Shown one piece after another: positions 38,250-48,823 of a stretch of DNA of 64,000 bases. Numbering within the stretch: the stretch's first letter is position 1; every line of letters starts with the position of its first letter. The translations under genes and the position numbers were made by a program. The notes under the pieces are model-generated. The model was not told the DNA's origin. It worked only from the letters and a program-made list of their open reading frames with translations, and made no database searches. Source of the stretch: an uncultured Candidatus Saccharibacteria bacterium (GTDB taxonomy: Bacteria; Patescibacteriota; WWE3; UBA101185; UBA10185). The DNA is taken from contig CAZBAJ010000001.1 in the NCBI GenBank assembly GCA_964490125.1, positions 67,573-131,572 on the forward strand, read 5' to 3'.

Positions 38250-39390
38250 GATTGGACAAAAAAAACCTTACAATAGTAGGTTAAAAATTGGAATAGATGC
38301 CAGGTTTTGGAGTCAGACGGGGGTTGGGCGGTATATCCGCCAGATTGTTGGGGAACTTGCCAAGCTGGACGACAAAAATGATTATGTGGTGTATGTAATG
38401 GCGGAGGATTTTGACAAAGTCGTCCTGCCCGCAAATTTTAAAAAAGTAAAAACTAATATTCGTTGGCACACCTTGTCGGAGCAGTTTATTTTGCCAATCC
38501 TCTACCTTCAAGAAAATCTGGATGTCCTAGTCGTCCTAAATTTTAATGTCCCAATTTTTTACCCCAAAAAGTTTGTTACAACCGTCCACGATTTAACTTT
38601 ACTGCGAACCCGTACCGGTCGCGCAACCCGCCTTCCTTATGCACTTTATCTTATAAAATATCTGGCGGGGTGTTTAACGCATTATGTGGCTATAAAAAGG
38701 TCGGCCAAACTATTTACTGTGTCCAATTATGTCAAGAACGACATTATAAAAACCTTTGGAGTAAAGCCGGAAAAAATTGTTTTGACGCCAAATGCTGTGG
38801 ATCAAAGATTTTATAAAAGGCCGGACGACGAGGTGGTGCGGGTTTTGCAAAAATACGGCTTAGCTAAGCCTTACCTGTTCTATGTGGGCAACGCGTGTAC
38901 GCATAAAAATTTATGGCGGTTGGTGCAGGCGTTTGACATTTTGAGTGAGTCCGAGCCGGATTTGCGTTTGGTTTTAGGCGGTAAGCGGGATTTTAATTAC
39001 GACAATTTGGAGAAGAAGTTTGCGGGGCTAAGGTGTGTGGAAAAGATTAAGTTAATTGGTTTTGTTGACGACGACGATTTGCCGGCTTTATATAGTGGGG
39101 CAAGTTTGTATGTAAATCCATCTATGTACGAAGGTTTTGGCATTCAAATTTTGGAGGCCTACGCTTGCGGATGTAGGGTTGCTTGTTCCAACTCCACTTC
39201 TTTACCAGAAGTTGGTGGGGGTTTGGCGGAGTATTTTGATCCTGTGGATGTTCAAAATATTGCCAATGTAATAAAAAATGCTTTACATAAAGATGCGCCC
39301 GATTTTGAAACCAAAGCTCGTCAGCATGCCGGACGATATTCATGGAAAAGTTCTGCTCAAGCTGTTCTGCAAACCATTCAAAATATATGA
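38242..39390 (+). CDS. Glycosyltransferase family 4
   Basis: IGIDAR, TGVGRY and YEGFGIQILEA motifs. Confidence 0.92.
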   Translation: MLEIGQKKPYNSRLKIGIDARFWSQTGVGRYIRQIVGELAKLDDKNDYVVYVMAEDFDKVVLPANFKKVKTNIRWHTLSEQFILPILYLQENLDVLVVLNFNVPIFYPKKFVTTVHDLTLLRTRTGRATRLPYALYLIKYLAGCLTHYVAIKRSAKLFTVSNYVKNDIIKTFGVKPEKIVLTPNAVDQRFYKRPDDEVVRVLQKYGLAKPYLFYVGNACTHKNLWRLVQAFDILSESEPDLRLVLGGKRDFNYDNLEKKFAGLRCVEKIKLIGFVDDDDLPALYSGASLYVNPSMYEGFGIQILEAYACGCRVACSNSTSLPEVGGGLAEYFDPVDVQNIANVIKNALHKDAPDFETKARQHAGRYSWKSSAQAVLQTIQNI

Positions 39391-40685
39391 AGATCGCCTT
39401 AGTTTTTGACGACTTAATACAGTTTGGCGGGGCGGAAAGACTCTTGCTTGCCGTCCACGAACTTTACCCAGACGCTCCTGTTTACACATCCTTGGCAAGT
39501 GACGAGTGGATTGCGCGCTGTAAGGAAAAAAACATCCGGTTGGTAACGTCATGGATGCAGGGTCTGCCGTTTAAAAGGTCGCTCAACCGGTTTTACGGAC
39601 TTTTGGGTTTGCACGCCCTGGCTTTTGAGTCGTTTAAATTTGACGACTTTGATGTGGCGATTTCTATTTCTGCCCGATTTGCCCACGGAATTGCTACTAA
39701 ACCCTGCACTTTACACATTTGTTATATGAACTCGCCCGGTAGAATGTTTTGGGAGTCGCAGGATTACTTTGACCGGGAGAATTTTTTGCGGTACGACTTA
39801 GTAAGACGATTGTTTTGGTTTTTTGCCACGCCGTTTTTGTCTTTATTGCGACTTTGTGATTATGCCGGCGCGCGGAGGGTGGACTATTTTATTGCCAATT
39901 CCAAAACTCCGCAGGCGCGTATTGCCAAGTACTACAAGCGCGACTCTTCCATAATTTACCCTTTTGTAGACGACATAGACCAATTAAAGGGGCGCGCCCC
40001 CGTGACGAGCGATTCCGCAGTCCGCCTTGGCGGACGAGGACCTAGCGAGGATGGGGGCGTCGCCCCGTATTATTTAGTAGTCACAAGGTTGAATGCTTGG
40101 AAGCGCGTGGATATCGCTATTGAGGCATGCAAAACAATTGGCGCAAATTTAAAAATCATTGGCGAGGGTCCGGATAGGTTGCGTTTAGAAAAATTGGCGA
40201 CAGGAAATAATAAGATCGCTTCGGCTACGCCTCGCGATGACATTGGGGATAATGGTCAGAGCGATGGTTCTGATGACAATCCGAGAGGAAATCAGACCGA
40301 CAGTCGCGATGATACTAGTATTGACTTTCTGGGCTATGTGAGCGACGAGGAAAAAACCCACGCCATGCAAAATTGCACAGCCCTTATCGTCACTCAGAAA
40401 GAGGATTTTGGCATTACCGCGCTGGAGGCCATGGCGCTAGGAAAACCAGTAATTGCTTACCGAGCTGGTGGCGTGTTAGAAACCGTTATAGAAGGCGTTA
40501 CGGGAGAGTTTTTTGACGCCCAAACCCCGCAGTCGCTCGCCCAAAAATTGTCCTCCTTTACCCCGTCAACCTACAAAGCGCAAGACTGCATCAACCAGTC
40601 GTCCAACTTCTCCAAACAAAAACTTCTTACCAAATTGGACGAGGCAGTCAAAACCCTTTACAATAGAAAAACTAACCTGCCGTAA
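39387..40685 (+). CDS. Glycosyltransferase family 4 with two in-frame insertions
   Basis: GGAER and EDFGITALEAMALGKPV motifs. Confidence 0.9.
   Translation: MKIALVFDDLIQFGGAERLLLAVHELYPDAPVYTSLASDEWIARCKEKNIRLVTSWMQGLPFKRSLNRFYGLLGLHALAFESFKFDDFDVAISISARFAHGIATKPCTLHICYMNSPGRMFWESQDYFDRENFLRYDLVRRLFWFFATPFLSLLRLCDYAGARRVDYFIANSKTPQARIAKYYKRDSSIIYPFVDDIDQLKGRAPVTSDSAVRLGGRGPSEDGGVAPYYLVVTRLNAWKRVDIAIEACKTIGANLKIIGEGPDRLRLEKLATGNNKIASATPRDDIGDNGQSDGSDDNPRGNQTDSRDDTSIDFLGYVSDEEKTHAMQNCTALIVTQKEDFGITALEAMALGKPVIAYRAGGVLETVIEGVTGEFFDAQTPQSLAQKLSSFTPSTYKAQDCINQSSNFSKQKLLTKLDEAVKTLYNRKTNLP
39989..40066. repeat. GC-rich palindromic element inside CDS
   Basis: GGGGCGCGCCCCC...GGGGGCGTCGCCCC arms with inner GTCCGCC/GGCGGAC hairpin. 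Confidence 0.65.
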
Positions 40686-40688
40686 CTT

Positions 40689-41333
40689 ATGTTATATCCG
40701 GTACTAAAAAGGCTTGTCGACATAGTTGGCTCCATCTTTGCGCTAATTTTGTTTTCTCCCATTATGTTTTTTACCGCCCTGTACATTAAGCTAAAATCGC
40801 CCGGTGGACCGGTTTTTGCCGACATCCCGCTACGCGTGGGTAAGGACGGCAAAGAGTTTAGGTTTTTAAAATTCCGCTCCATGATTCCAGGTGCTCATGA
40901 TTGGTTGGAAAAACACCCCGATTGGATGGAAAAATATAAAGCTAATAATTATAAACTGGATCCTAAGGAAGATCCTCGCATTATTCAAACCGGCTACATT
41001 CACTTTATGCGCAAATCCAGCATAGACGAGCTTCCCCAGTTTATAAATGTCCTGCGGGGAGAGATGAGCATCGTGGGTCCGCGTGCGTATTATCCGTTTG
41101 AAATTAAAGATCAGGCGGTAAAATTTAACATCGCACCCCAAGTCGTCCAAAAAGTAATTTCCGTAAAACCGGGTATAACGGGGGTGTGGCAAGTGGGTGG
41201 GCGGTCAAAGGTAAATTTTGACAAACGCATACAACTTGATGCAGACTATGCAGGTAAGAAATCAATTTTGTACGACATCTTGCTGATTTTAAAAACGCCG
41301 TACGCTGTGGTTACCATGAAAGGAGCCTACTAA
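40689..41333 (+). CDS. Priming sugar transferase (WcaJ/WbaP C-terminal family)
   Basis: KRLVDI, KFRSM, DELPQFINVLRGEMSIVGPR and KPGITGVWQV motifs. Confidence 0.93.
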   Translation: MLYPVLKRLVDIVGSIFALILFSPIMFFTALYIKLKSPGGPVFADIPLRVGKDGKEFRFLKFRSMIPGAHDWLEKHPDWMEKYKANNYKLDPKEDPRIIQTGYIHFMRKSSIDELPQFINVLRGEMSIVGPRAYYPFEIKDQAVKFNIAPQVVQKVISVKPGITGVWQVGGRSKVNFDKRIQLDADYAGKKSILYDILLILKTPYAVVTMKGAY

Positions 41334-43295
41334 ATGGAACAGAAATTTTGGAAACCTAATATTAAGAATGAAAAAAATAGTGCGACTTTAGCGTCGACTA
41401 ACGGGTCGAACGGGTCTAAACCTAAAAAGGGCATAAAGATTTTAGGGATTACGGGTGGAGTTTTGTTGGTTATTTTGGCGGTAGTGGGCATTTTAGCCTA
41501 CAAATTTGTTATAGATCCGGCTTTGGCTCTAAAAGTTAGGGCGGAAAAATTGCAGGAGGATGGTCAACTTGCTAACAAAGCCTTTTTAGATAGGGACTTG
41601 GTGCTGTTGGAAAAAGTTTTTGTTCAAACCGAGCAGGATATTGAGGGTTTACGACAAGACAGAGATGCTAAGTTTGGTTGGGCTAAAAATTTACCTAAAG
41701 TAAAAGAGTTTTATACCGATACTGAATATTTTTTAAACTCCGCGCTTTACGCAATTGACGCGGGTAGGGAATTTTCCAGAATCATTACACCGTTTGCAGA
41801 CGCGGCTGGACTAAAAGTTGCCGAGGGTCAGGAAACTTCCACATTAAGTTTTGCTGACGCTTTTTCTGCGTGGATTGCCTTAATGCCTAAAGTAGCAAAT
41901 GATATCGACCCTTTGTTAGTTAAAGTCGACAAAGTTGGTACCGAGCTTGCCAAAGTGGACGCCAGTAAATATCCGGAGGAGTTTAGAGGTACACCCATTA
42001 AGTCGAACATTATTTATGCCCAAACCACGCTTTCTACCCTAAGCGATTACGCACCCGACCTTAAGCAAGCTTTGGTAATAGTTCCTAAAATTCTAGGTGT
42101 GGGGGTTGGTGTTCCGGAAAAGCGCTACATGATTATTATGCAAAACAATGCAGAAATGCGTCCTACCGGTGGTTTTTGGACAAATTACGCCACTTTTAAG
42201 ATTAAAAACGCCATGCTGAATTCCGACTTTTCTTCCAAGGATATGTACAGCATAGACTACACCTTGGATGCTATTGACGCATACACGGATTTTTCCATTG
42301 GTATGCCAGCTCCAATTAGGCGGTATCTTATGCTGGAGCGCTGGTTTGCCCGGGATGCCAATTTTTCACCGGATTTTCCAACTTCGGTTGCCGATTTTAT
42401 GAGGTCGTACAATAGAGCAATGCAAATTAATCCTGTGGAGATTAAGCCGGTTGACGGGATTTTTGCCATTGATACCAATGTGGTTAGTGAGCTTCTGGAA
42501 GTTACCGGTCCAGCAACAGTTAACGGCATTAGCTACAACAAAGATAATGTCGTACTGGAATTGGAAAAAATTGCCTCGCTGGCTTTGCGAGAACAGTCAA
42601 ACCGCAAAAAAGTTTTGGGCGACTTAATGGAACGCATGTTAGTAAATGTTTTTGAGTCGGACAAAAATTTGTGGCCAAAGCTTGTTGACAAAGGTGTCGA
42701 CTTGTTAAACAGAAAGCATATTGTTATTTACATGAAGGACCCGGAAACCCAAGCTTTGTTAGAAAAATACAATTTTGCCGGTCGACTTATAGATACGCCA
42801 AACAGTGATTATTTGTCGGTGGTTACCAGTAATTTGGCAGGTGACAAGACCAATTTATTTGTGCGACGGGAAATTACCAGCACGACAACAAATTCCGGCG
42901 GTAAGTGGGCAAGAGAGGTTAAAGTAAAATACACCTACGGACCTGCGGAAGGCGATTACGCCTTGTTTGCGACTACTTATAAAGATTACCTTAGGGTGTA
43001 TGTGCCAAAAGGCTCGACCTTAGTTAGTGTAGAAGGTTCCGACAACGATGATACAGGTAGTGCGGACGAGTTAACTAAAACGGCTTTACACGGTTACATT
43101 ACTTTGGCGCCAGGTGGTACTAAAGAAATAACCTTTAAGTACACTTTGCCTGACGGGGTGGTAAAGCCCGGCGAGTACAAGCTGTATATCCAAAAGCAAG
43201 CCGGCCAGCCGAAGGAAAAATATAACCTAAGTGTCAACGGTAAGCAGTCCACGGTGGAGACGGATGTGGATTATAAGTTTACGGCTAAGATATAG
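41334..43295 (+). CDS. DUF4012-domain membrane-anchored protein
   Basis: QNNAEMRPTGGF, RDANFSPDFPTS and IQKQAG motifs. Confidence 0.82.
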   Translation: MEQKFWKPNIKNEKNSATLASTNGSNGSKPKKGIKILGITGGVLLVILAVVGILAYKFVIDPALALKVRAEKLQEDGQLANKAFLDRDLVLLEKVFVQTEQDIEGLRQDRDAKFGWAKNLPKVKEFYTDTEYFLNSALYAIDAGREFSRIITPFADAAGLKVAEGQETSTLSFADAFSAWIALMPKVANDIDPLLVKVDKVGTELAKVDASKYPEEFRGTPIKSNIIYAQTTLSTLSDYAPDLKQALVIVPKILGVGVGVPEKRYMIIMQNNAEMRPTGGFWTNYATFKIKNAMLNSDFSSKDMYSIDYTLDAIDAYTDFSIGMPAPIRRYLMLERWFARDANFSPDFPTSVADFMRSYNRAMQINPVEIKPVDGIFAIDTNVVSELLEVTGPATVNGISYNKDNVVLELEKIASLALREQSNRKKVLGDLMERMLVNVFESDKNLWPKLVDKGVDLLNRKHIVIYMKDPETQALLEKYNFAGRLIDTPNSDYLSVVTSNLAGDKTNLFVRREITSTTTNSGGKWAREVKVKYTYGPAEGDYALFATTYKDYLRVYVPKGSTLVSVEGSDNDDTGSADELTKTALHGYITLAPGGTKEITFKYTLPDGVVKPGEYKLYIQKQAGQPKEKYNLSVNGKQSTVETDVDYKFTAKI

Positions 43296-43344
43296 ATTTT
43301 GGTACGGGTGTTGACAAAACAAACCACTTGTATAAGATATAAAT

Positions 43345-43962
43345 ATGGCAAAAGGTTTTGAAGTACCTAAAGATTATTCTGAACGAACCGAACAGGGTCA
43401 GAGGGCTATAGACGACTACAGGCATTGGATCAAGGGGAGTGGACCCCACTCTAGGTTAGGGATATTCTACAGAAGTGCGAAAACTGCATATGAGCGCGAA
43501 AAGGGCGTGGTCTCCTCTGCAGAATACGCAAGAAGATTCGCCAGGTTTCTTGAAGTATCCCCCCCCGTTGTTCTTACATCTGAAAAAATCGACGATTTAG
43601 ACTATTTGGCTGAATTAATTTCTAGCAAACCAAAATCCATTGTTTGTTTGGATACTAGCGAAAGGTTGCGTTGGGCGATGAGTGATGCACAAGTTAGAGT
43701 TTATCAAGTGGCAACGGATTATGATATCGCATTCACTCCTCCTTTTACCAACGAAGGTTCGCGTGACCCTCTTGGGTTTGATGGTTGCGTTGTAATGTAC
43801 CCTAATGGGATTGAGAGTAACCCAAGTACTGTTCCGAGCATGGAGGCAATGATAGAGGATAGGAGTGTTGCAGAGGCGTGGAAACAGCAGGCGGACGCTT
43901 ATGTCGAGAATAACTGCACATGGAGAGAGTTGGTAGCCGATGTTGTAGAGCAGCCCCAATAG
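43345..43962 (+). CDS. Hypothetical protein
   Basis: 205-aa ORF with TTGACA promoter just upstream. Confidence 0.6.
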   Translation: MAKGFEVPKDYSERTEQGQRAIDDYRHWIKGSGPHSRLGIFYRSAKTAYEREKGVVSSAEYARRFARFLEVSPPVVLTSEKIDDLDYLAELISSKPKSIVCLDTSERLRWAMSDAQVRVYQVATDYDIAFTPPFTNEGSRDPLGFDGCVVMYPNGIESNPSTVPSMEAMIEDRSVAEAWKQQADAYVENNCTWRELVADVVEQPQ

Positions 43963-44012
43963 AACTCTCTTGTTAAGTAGTATCTCGTTAATTTTTCTTG
44001 TAAAATCTATTA

Positions 44013-44699
44013 ATGATAAGGTCAGAAAGTGTCGAGTGTATTGTGTTAAAGAACCTTAATTACAAAGATTCTGACAAGTTGTACACCCTTTTTTCCCCCG
44101 TTTACGGGAAATTTACCGCTACGGCAAAAGGCGTACGGAGGATTAGTTCCAAACGACTTGGCAGCCTGGATACTCTAAATCTTGTTCAAATCAGCTTTTC
44201 CGAGTCGTCCAGAGGTATAAAAATTATCCACCAGGCGCAGGTTATAGAGTCGCACAAACATTTAAAAAAAGCCATGTCAGGCATAGCTAAAGGCTTGTAC
44301 ATGGCGGAATTGGTACACAGGTTTTTTTACCAAGAAACTTACCAGCACGAGTCGGCGCCCGAGGTTTACGGACTTATTACAAAGTCGCTTGGCAGTTTAA
44401 ACAAATTTTACGCCAAGTATCCGGAAGGCAGTTTTAACTTTGTGCCCGTGCGAATTATGAATCTTTTTGAGTCGCGCTTAATGCGCATTTTGGGTTACGA
44501 AATGAGCTTAGATAACTTTTTGCTGACGCGGTTGGAGCTGGGCGACACGGAAATTGAGTATTTACGGTCGCTTAAAGTAGGGCAGGGTTTTGGCGACTTA
44601 AAGCTGATTCAAGGGGGTCATAAAGCGGGAGATGCGGTAATAAAAGAATATGTTTCCGAGGTTTTGGATGAACGCATTTACTCTAGCAGGTTGTTTTAA
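44013..44699 (+). CDS. recO: DNA repair protein RecO
   Basis: YKDSDKLYTLFS..GKFTATAKGVRRISSK N-terminal motif; lacks the Zn finger. Confidence 0.85.
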   Translation: MIRSESVECIVLKNLNYKDSDKLYTLFSPVYGKFTATAKGVRRISSKRLGSLDTLNLVQISFSESSRGIKIIHQAQVIESHKHLKKAMSGIAKGLYMAELVHRFFYQETYQHESAPEVYGLITKSLGSLNKFYAKYPEGSFNFVPVRIMNLFESRLMRILGYEMSLDNFLLTRLELGDTEIEYLRSLKVGQGFGDLKLIQGGHKAGDAVIKEYVSEVLDERIYSSRLF

Positions 44700-44941
44700 A
44701 ATCTTTCGTAAGTTTTTTCCATTATTTCCCGGGCTTTTAAGATACCTTTTAACGATCGCATTTTTTTAGGAACCTTAATCGATCCAGCGTAGTCGAGTAT
44801 ATCTTTCGCCTTTCTTAATATCGCATAACCGCTTTTTTGTTCCAGAATCACTCTATCTCCGGGTTTAAAATCTAAGTGGTGTCTTATTTCTTTTGGCAAA
44901 ATTATATAATTTCTTTTTGTGAGCGTGACAGGATAATTCAT
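44696..44941 (-). CDS. AbrB/MazE/SpoVT family DNA-binding protein
   Basis: IILPKEIRHHLDFKPGDRV motif. Confidence 0.85.
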   Translation of the reverse strand: MNYPVTLTKRNYIILPKEIRHHLDFKPGDRVILEQKSGYAILRKAKDILDYAGSIKVPKKMRSLKGILKAREIMEKTYERF

Positions 44942-45003
44942 ATCCTTACAATTTTACCTTTTCTTTGACATTTTTTCAGCAAGCGTGCTTTAATACGGTG
45001 GTA

Positions 45004-46892
45004 ATGAAAGACTCAAACGATGATGAAAAAGTAACGGGGGGGGAGAAGAGGAACATGAGGATGCTTCAGTTGGGCGGGGAAGCGACGAGCATGCGGGTCG
45101 AGAGAATGAACCCGATAGTTGGCTAAAAGATCTTCAAACACTATTAGGCAAGCGTTTTTCCGGTACGGTAACCGCAGTTGATGGCGATCTATCAATACTA
45201 GATATTGATACCACACCACCGATACGCCACGAAATTATGATTGGTAGCGAGGGGCAGTTTGTAGACTCTTTTGGTAAAAAGTTTGAAACCGGTTTTGAAG
45301 GGTGGAAGCCGGGTCAGTTTATCAACTCTAAATTCACAGTTCAAAAAAGGGGAGACGATTTAGTACTTCTTGTTGCAGACTCGGTTGTAGGTGACATCCG
45401 TTACGCTGATATATTTGAACTTCACGGTTTATCTGAGGAAGCTAAACAGCAACTTCTAAAGGTAGGTGTTGCCGAAATTGATGTGGATATAGAGATAACC
45501 GGGGATATGCGTTACGAGATTAGCAATATGTTTCGGTATGAGGCGCGAATTGACAGGATTAATTCCATACAGCTGGCTTTTGATGGTGATTATGAAAATT
45601 TGGTTTTAGGTCAACAGGTTCTTGTCGAAGGAAGGGTAACTGATTACGAGAAGTCTGAAGGACAGGGTGTGTCAGAATATGGTCATTGCAAAGTGGAGTT
45701 GCCCGACGGTACAGTTGTTGCTGTGACAATGTGGAACGGATACTTAACCTATGAGGACGGGGCGTTAGGTGTCATTGATCCGCCGTATCCTTTAGAAGGA
45801 GATAAAGTGCAGATTAATTGCACTTACGGAAACCCCGGGGCAAGGTACGGAAAAGATGACGGGTTGTCACTCTTTGCCTACTACACAAGATCGACATTTA
45901 TGCTCGAGCCGTCCCAGGAAAGAGCAGAGTTGTATGCAAGTCGCAGAAAATTGGTTGACGAGGCTATGCAGGCGTTTTTAGATACACAGGATTTAGCGGA
46001 AGCTAGGAAGATATTGGCACAGGTTACTAAAGGAACTTTGATAACAGGAGGAACTTCAGTGAAGGGGGGTTTAACCGCTGATGAGCAGGATTTTATTCGG
46101 AATGCCGTAGAATTAAAGTTTACTGATCCAGATGAAAAACCTCTAGATTTGTTTGGCGATGAGTACGAGGCGGAGGAGATAAACAAAGTATGGGGTGTGG
46201 AGGTTTATGCCATGAGTAGAGCGGATTTCTACCGTTTTTGTATGAGTTTTGCTACGGGTGGAATAGTCTACGAAAATACCGGGAGCCTGGATTACCCTTA
46301 CAGATTTTTCGATAAAGCCCTAACTCGTGAACAACAGATTGAGGTGTTGACGACAGCGGTCAGCACGCTTGCCCCCAAGGTCATCGGTAAAAGGACATAC
46401 AGTACCAGGAACATGTTTGGTCAAGAGTCCGTTGACAGAGGAAGCATCGTAGACCCAAATCTAATCGATTGGGACACAGCTTATTTATTTGAACAATCGT
46501 TGTCGTATTTGTCTGGATATTCTTTACCCTCCGTAGCTAATGTGTTTATTGATTTAGTAATCGACATGTATGATAAGGACCGCTACAGAAAAGACATCGA
46601 TGCCGATGAGAGGAGAGATTTTTATGAGTATTATATTTGCGATTGCTATCGAAGAAATTTACAAAAGGCTTTGGTTATGGAGCGCGGACAGGTTTTGGGG
46701 GTTAGCAACGCAGAGATTCTAGGTCTTTATGCTAAGCAACTGCCCTTACTAAGGGCACTTTCAAAAAAAATGCAAGTAGATTCGTGGAATAACGACGGGC
46801 GCTATACTGTCTGGGAATATGTAGACGACTGTGCCGATCTAACCGAGAGGGCTACCGTAGTTTCCCGTGAAAATAATTTCTTAAACAATTAA
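45004..46892 (+). CDS. Large acidic hypothetical protein, apparently frameshifted at a G8 tract (45036..45043)
   Basis: ATG 45004 frame ends after 40 codons; the frame of 45237..46892 is open back to 45027; G9 joins them. Confidence 0.65.
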
Positions 46893-46950
46893 TCTGATGT
46901 AGTGAGGACGGACATTTGACAAACCTAGTCGCATGTTCTTAAATTGCCAT

Positions 46951-47087
46951 GTTCGACGATGAACGCTGTGGCAGGCGGGAGTCGAGCAAAGTTACTCAAA
47001 TACTCAAAGCGTCCGCCGTTGGCGGAAAGTAGGGTGGAACCGCGCGGGCTAAGGCCTCCGTCCCTAAAGTCGTACAAAGATTTTAGG
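46951..47087 (+). promoter_or_regulatory. Minimal T-box riboswitch, Gly (GGC) specifier
   Basis: Stem I GUUCGAC-GAUGAA-CGC-UGUGGCAG-GCG-GGA-GUCGAGC; AGGGUGGAACCGCG...CGUCCCU antiterminator; TTGACA at 46916. Confidence 0.88.
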
Positions 47088-47111
47088 TTGCAAAAACGCA
47101 AAAGGAGGAAA

Positions 47112-48497
47112 ATGCAAGCTAATCAACAAAGTCAAAATAGTCAAGATGATGTTTTGCAAAAAGTTATCTCGTTATGTAAACGCCGAGGGTTTGTTTTCCC
47201 CGGATCGGAAATTTACGGCGGTCTTGCTAATACTTACGACTTTGGTCCTTTAGGTGTCATTCTAAAAAAGAATATTTCCGATGTTTGGTGGAATTATTTT
47301 GTAAGTAGTCGACCGAACATTTACGCGGTTGATACCTGCAATCTAATGAGTCCAAAGATATGGGAGGCTTCTGGACACACAGCCAGCTTTACCAATATTT
47401 TAATCGACTGCATTAATTGTAAATACCGAACGCGTGCCGATCATTTAATTGAAGACGGTGTTAAGGATATTGGAAATGTGGAAGGTTGTCCTTTGGAAGA
47501 GCTTGACAAAATAATTCAAGAGAACAAATTAGTCTGCCCAAAATGCGGTAAGTCGGAGTGGACAAAATGCAGACACTTTAACCAGTTATTTGAAACAAAG
47601 ATAGGAATAATAACAACAGGACAAGATAAGGCTTATCTTAGGGGAGAACTAGCCCAAGGAATGTTTGTAAATTTTAAAAATGTCCTTGACAGTATGCGTC
47701 CAAAATTGCCGTTTGGAATTGCGCAGGTCGGTAAAGCGTATCGTAACGAAATTACTATGGGTAAGTTTACATTTAGAACTTTGGAATTTGATCTCGCCGA
47801 ATTTGAATACTTTGTTAATCCACCGGATTGGGAAAGTGGTTTTGAATATTGGAAGACGGAAATGTGGAAATTTGCATTGTCCGTCGGATTAAAGGAAGAT
47901 AATTTGCGTTGGCGTGAGCATTCCAAAGATGAGCTATCTCATTATTCAAAGCGTACAGAGGATTTGGAATATAAGTTTCCTTGGGGTTTTAAAGAGATGT
48001 GGGGTTTAGCTTATCGTACAGACTTTGATTTAAGGAATCACATGGAAAAATCCGGAGTTGATTTGCGCTATCAGGATCCAACTACTAACGAAAAATTTGT
48101 ACCACATGTACTGGAACCCACATTTGGTATATCAAGGTTATTTACTATCTTACTTGTTAGCGCGTATTCTGAGGACATTGACGGCAGAGTTATTTTAAAG
48201 TTGGACAAAAAAATTTCCCCGTATCAGGTGGCGGTTTTTCCTTTGGTTTCTAATAAACCGGAGCTTGTAGAAAAAGCTCGGCAAATTTATGCTGACTTAT
48301 TGAAGCAGGGGATTCGCGTGGCGTGGGATGACCGAGGGAATATAGGCAAACGCTACCTTTCTCAGGATGAGATCGGAACTCCCGCGTGTGTGACAGTGGA
48401 TTATCAGACTTTGGAGGACGACACGGTAACTTTGCGGGATAGGGATAGTAAAGAGCAGATTAGGCTTATTTCCAAAGAGATCACGACAAGAATATAA
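47112..48497 (+). CDS. glyQS: Glycine-tRNA ligase, homodimeric type
   Basis: KRRGFVFPGSEIYGG, LRGELAQG and GNIGKRY..QDEIGTP motifs; AGGAGG SD. Confidence 0.96.
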   Translation: MQANQQSQNSQDDVLQKVISLCKRRGFVFPGSEIYGGLANTYDFGPLGVILKKNISDVWWNYFVSSRPNIYAVDTCNLMSPKIWEASGHTASFTNILIDCINCKYRTRADHLIEDGVKDIGNVEGCPLEELDKIIQENKLVCPKCGKSEWTKCRHFNQLFETKIGIITTGQDKAYLRGELAQGMFVNFKNVLDSMRPKLPFGIAQVGKAYRNEITMGKFTFRTLEFDLAEFEYFVNPPDWESGFEYWKTEMWKFALSVGLKEDNLRWREHSKDELSHYSKRTEDLEYKFPWGFKEMWGLAYRTDFDLRNHMEKSGVDLRYQDPTTNEKFVPHVLEPTFGISRLFTILLVSAYSEDIDGRVILKLDKKISPYQVAVFPLVSNKPELVEKARQIYADLLKQGIRVAWDDRGNIGKRYLSQDEIGTPACVTVDYQTLEDDTVTLRDRDSKEQIRLISKEITTRI

Positions 48498-48526
48498 AAG
48501 TGGTTCCTTCCCAAACCACCTGTTGC

Positions 48527-48823
48527 CTAGAACCCTTTAACAAGCTGGTCTGTAGAGCCTATATCCCAACCTGCTAAGTCATTTCCGAATTTTCTCCTAA
48601 GGTAGTCCGAAGTCCTAAAATGATAATCATCCTGTTGTTCCTTAGTTCCGTCGTGCTTACAAGCAAATCCAATCCCATATTGATCTTTGCTTACCCGGCG
48701 AATATAAAGTTGGATATAGTTATCATCCTTAGCCCACTCATTGGCAACCTCTAGTAAGTCTTTATTATTTACTCGTTGGTCGAACTTCCACAAACCCAAG
48801 ATTAAGCTTTTAGTATTTTCCAT
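48527..48823 (-). CDS. Hypothetical protein
   Basis: 98-aa ORF with perfect AAGGAGGTGA SD. Confidence 0.75.
   Translation of the reverse strand: MENTKSLILGLWKFDQRVNNKDLLEVANEWAKDDNYIQLYIRRVSKDQYGIGFACKHDGTKEQQDDYHFRTSDYLRRKFGNDLAGWDIGSTDQLVKGF

Noticed and set aside
46944-47111. N-terminal extensions of GlyRS (from 46944) and AspRS (from 5240) in the ORF track
   Set aside because: They run through T-box leaders; SD-supported starts are 47112 and 5297
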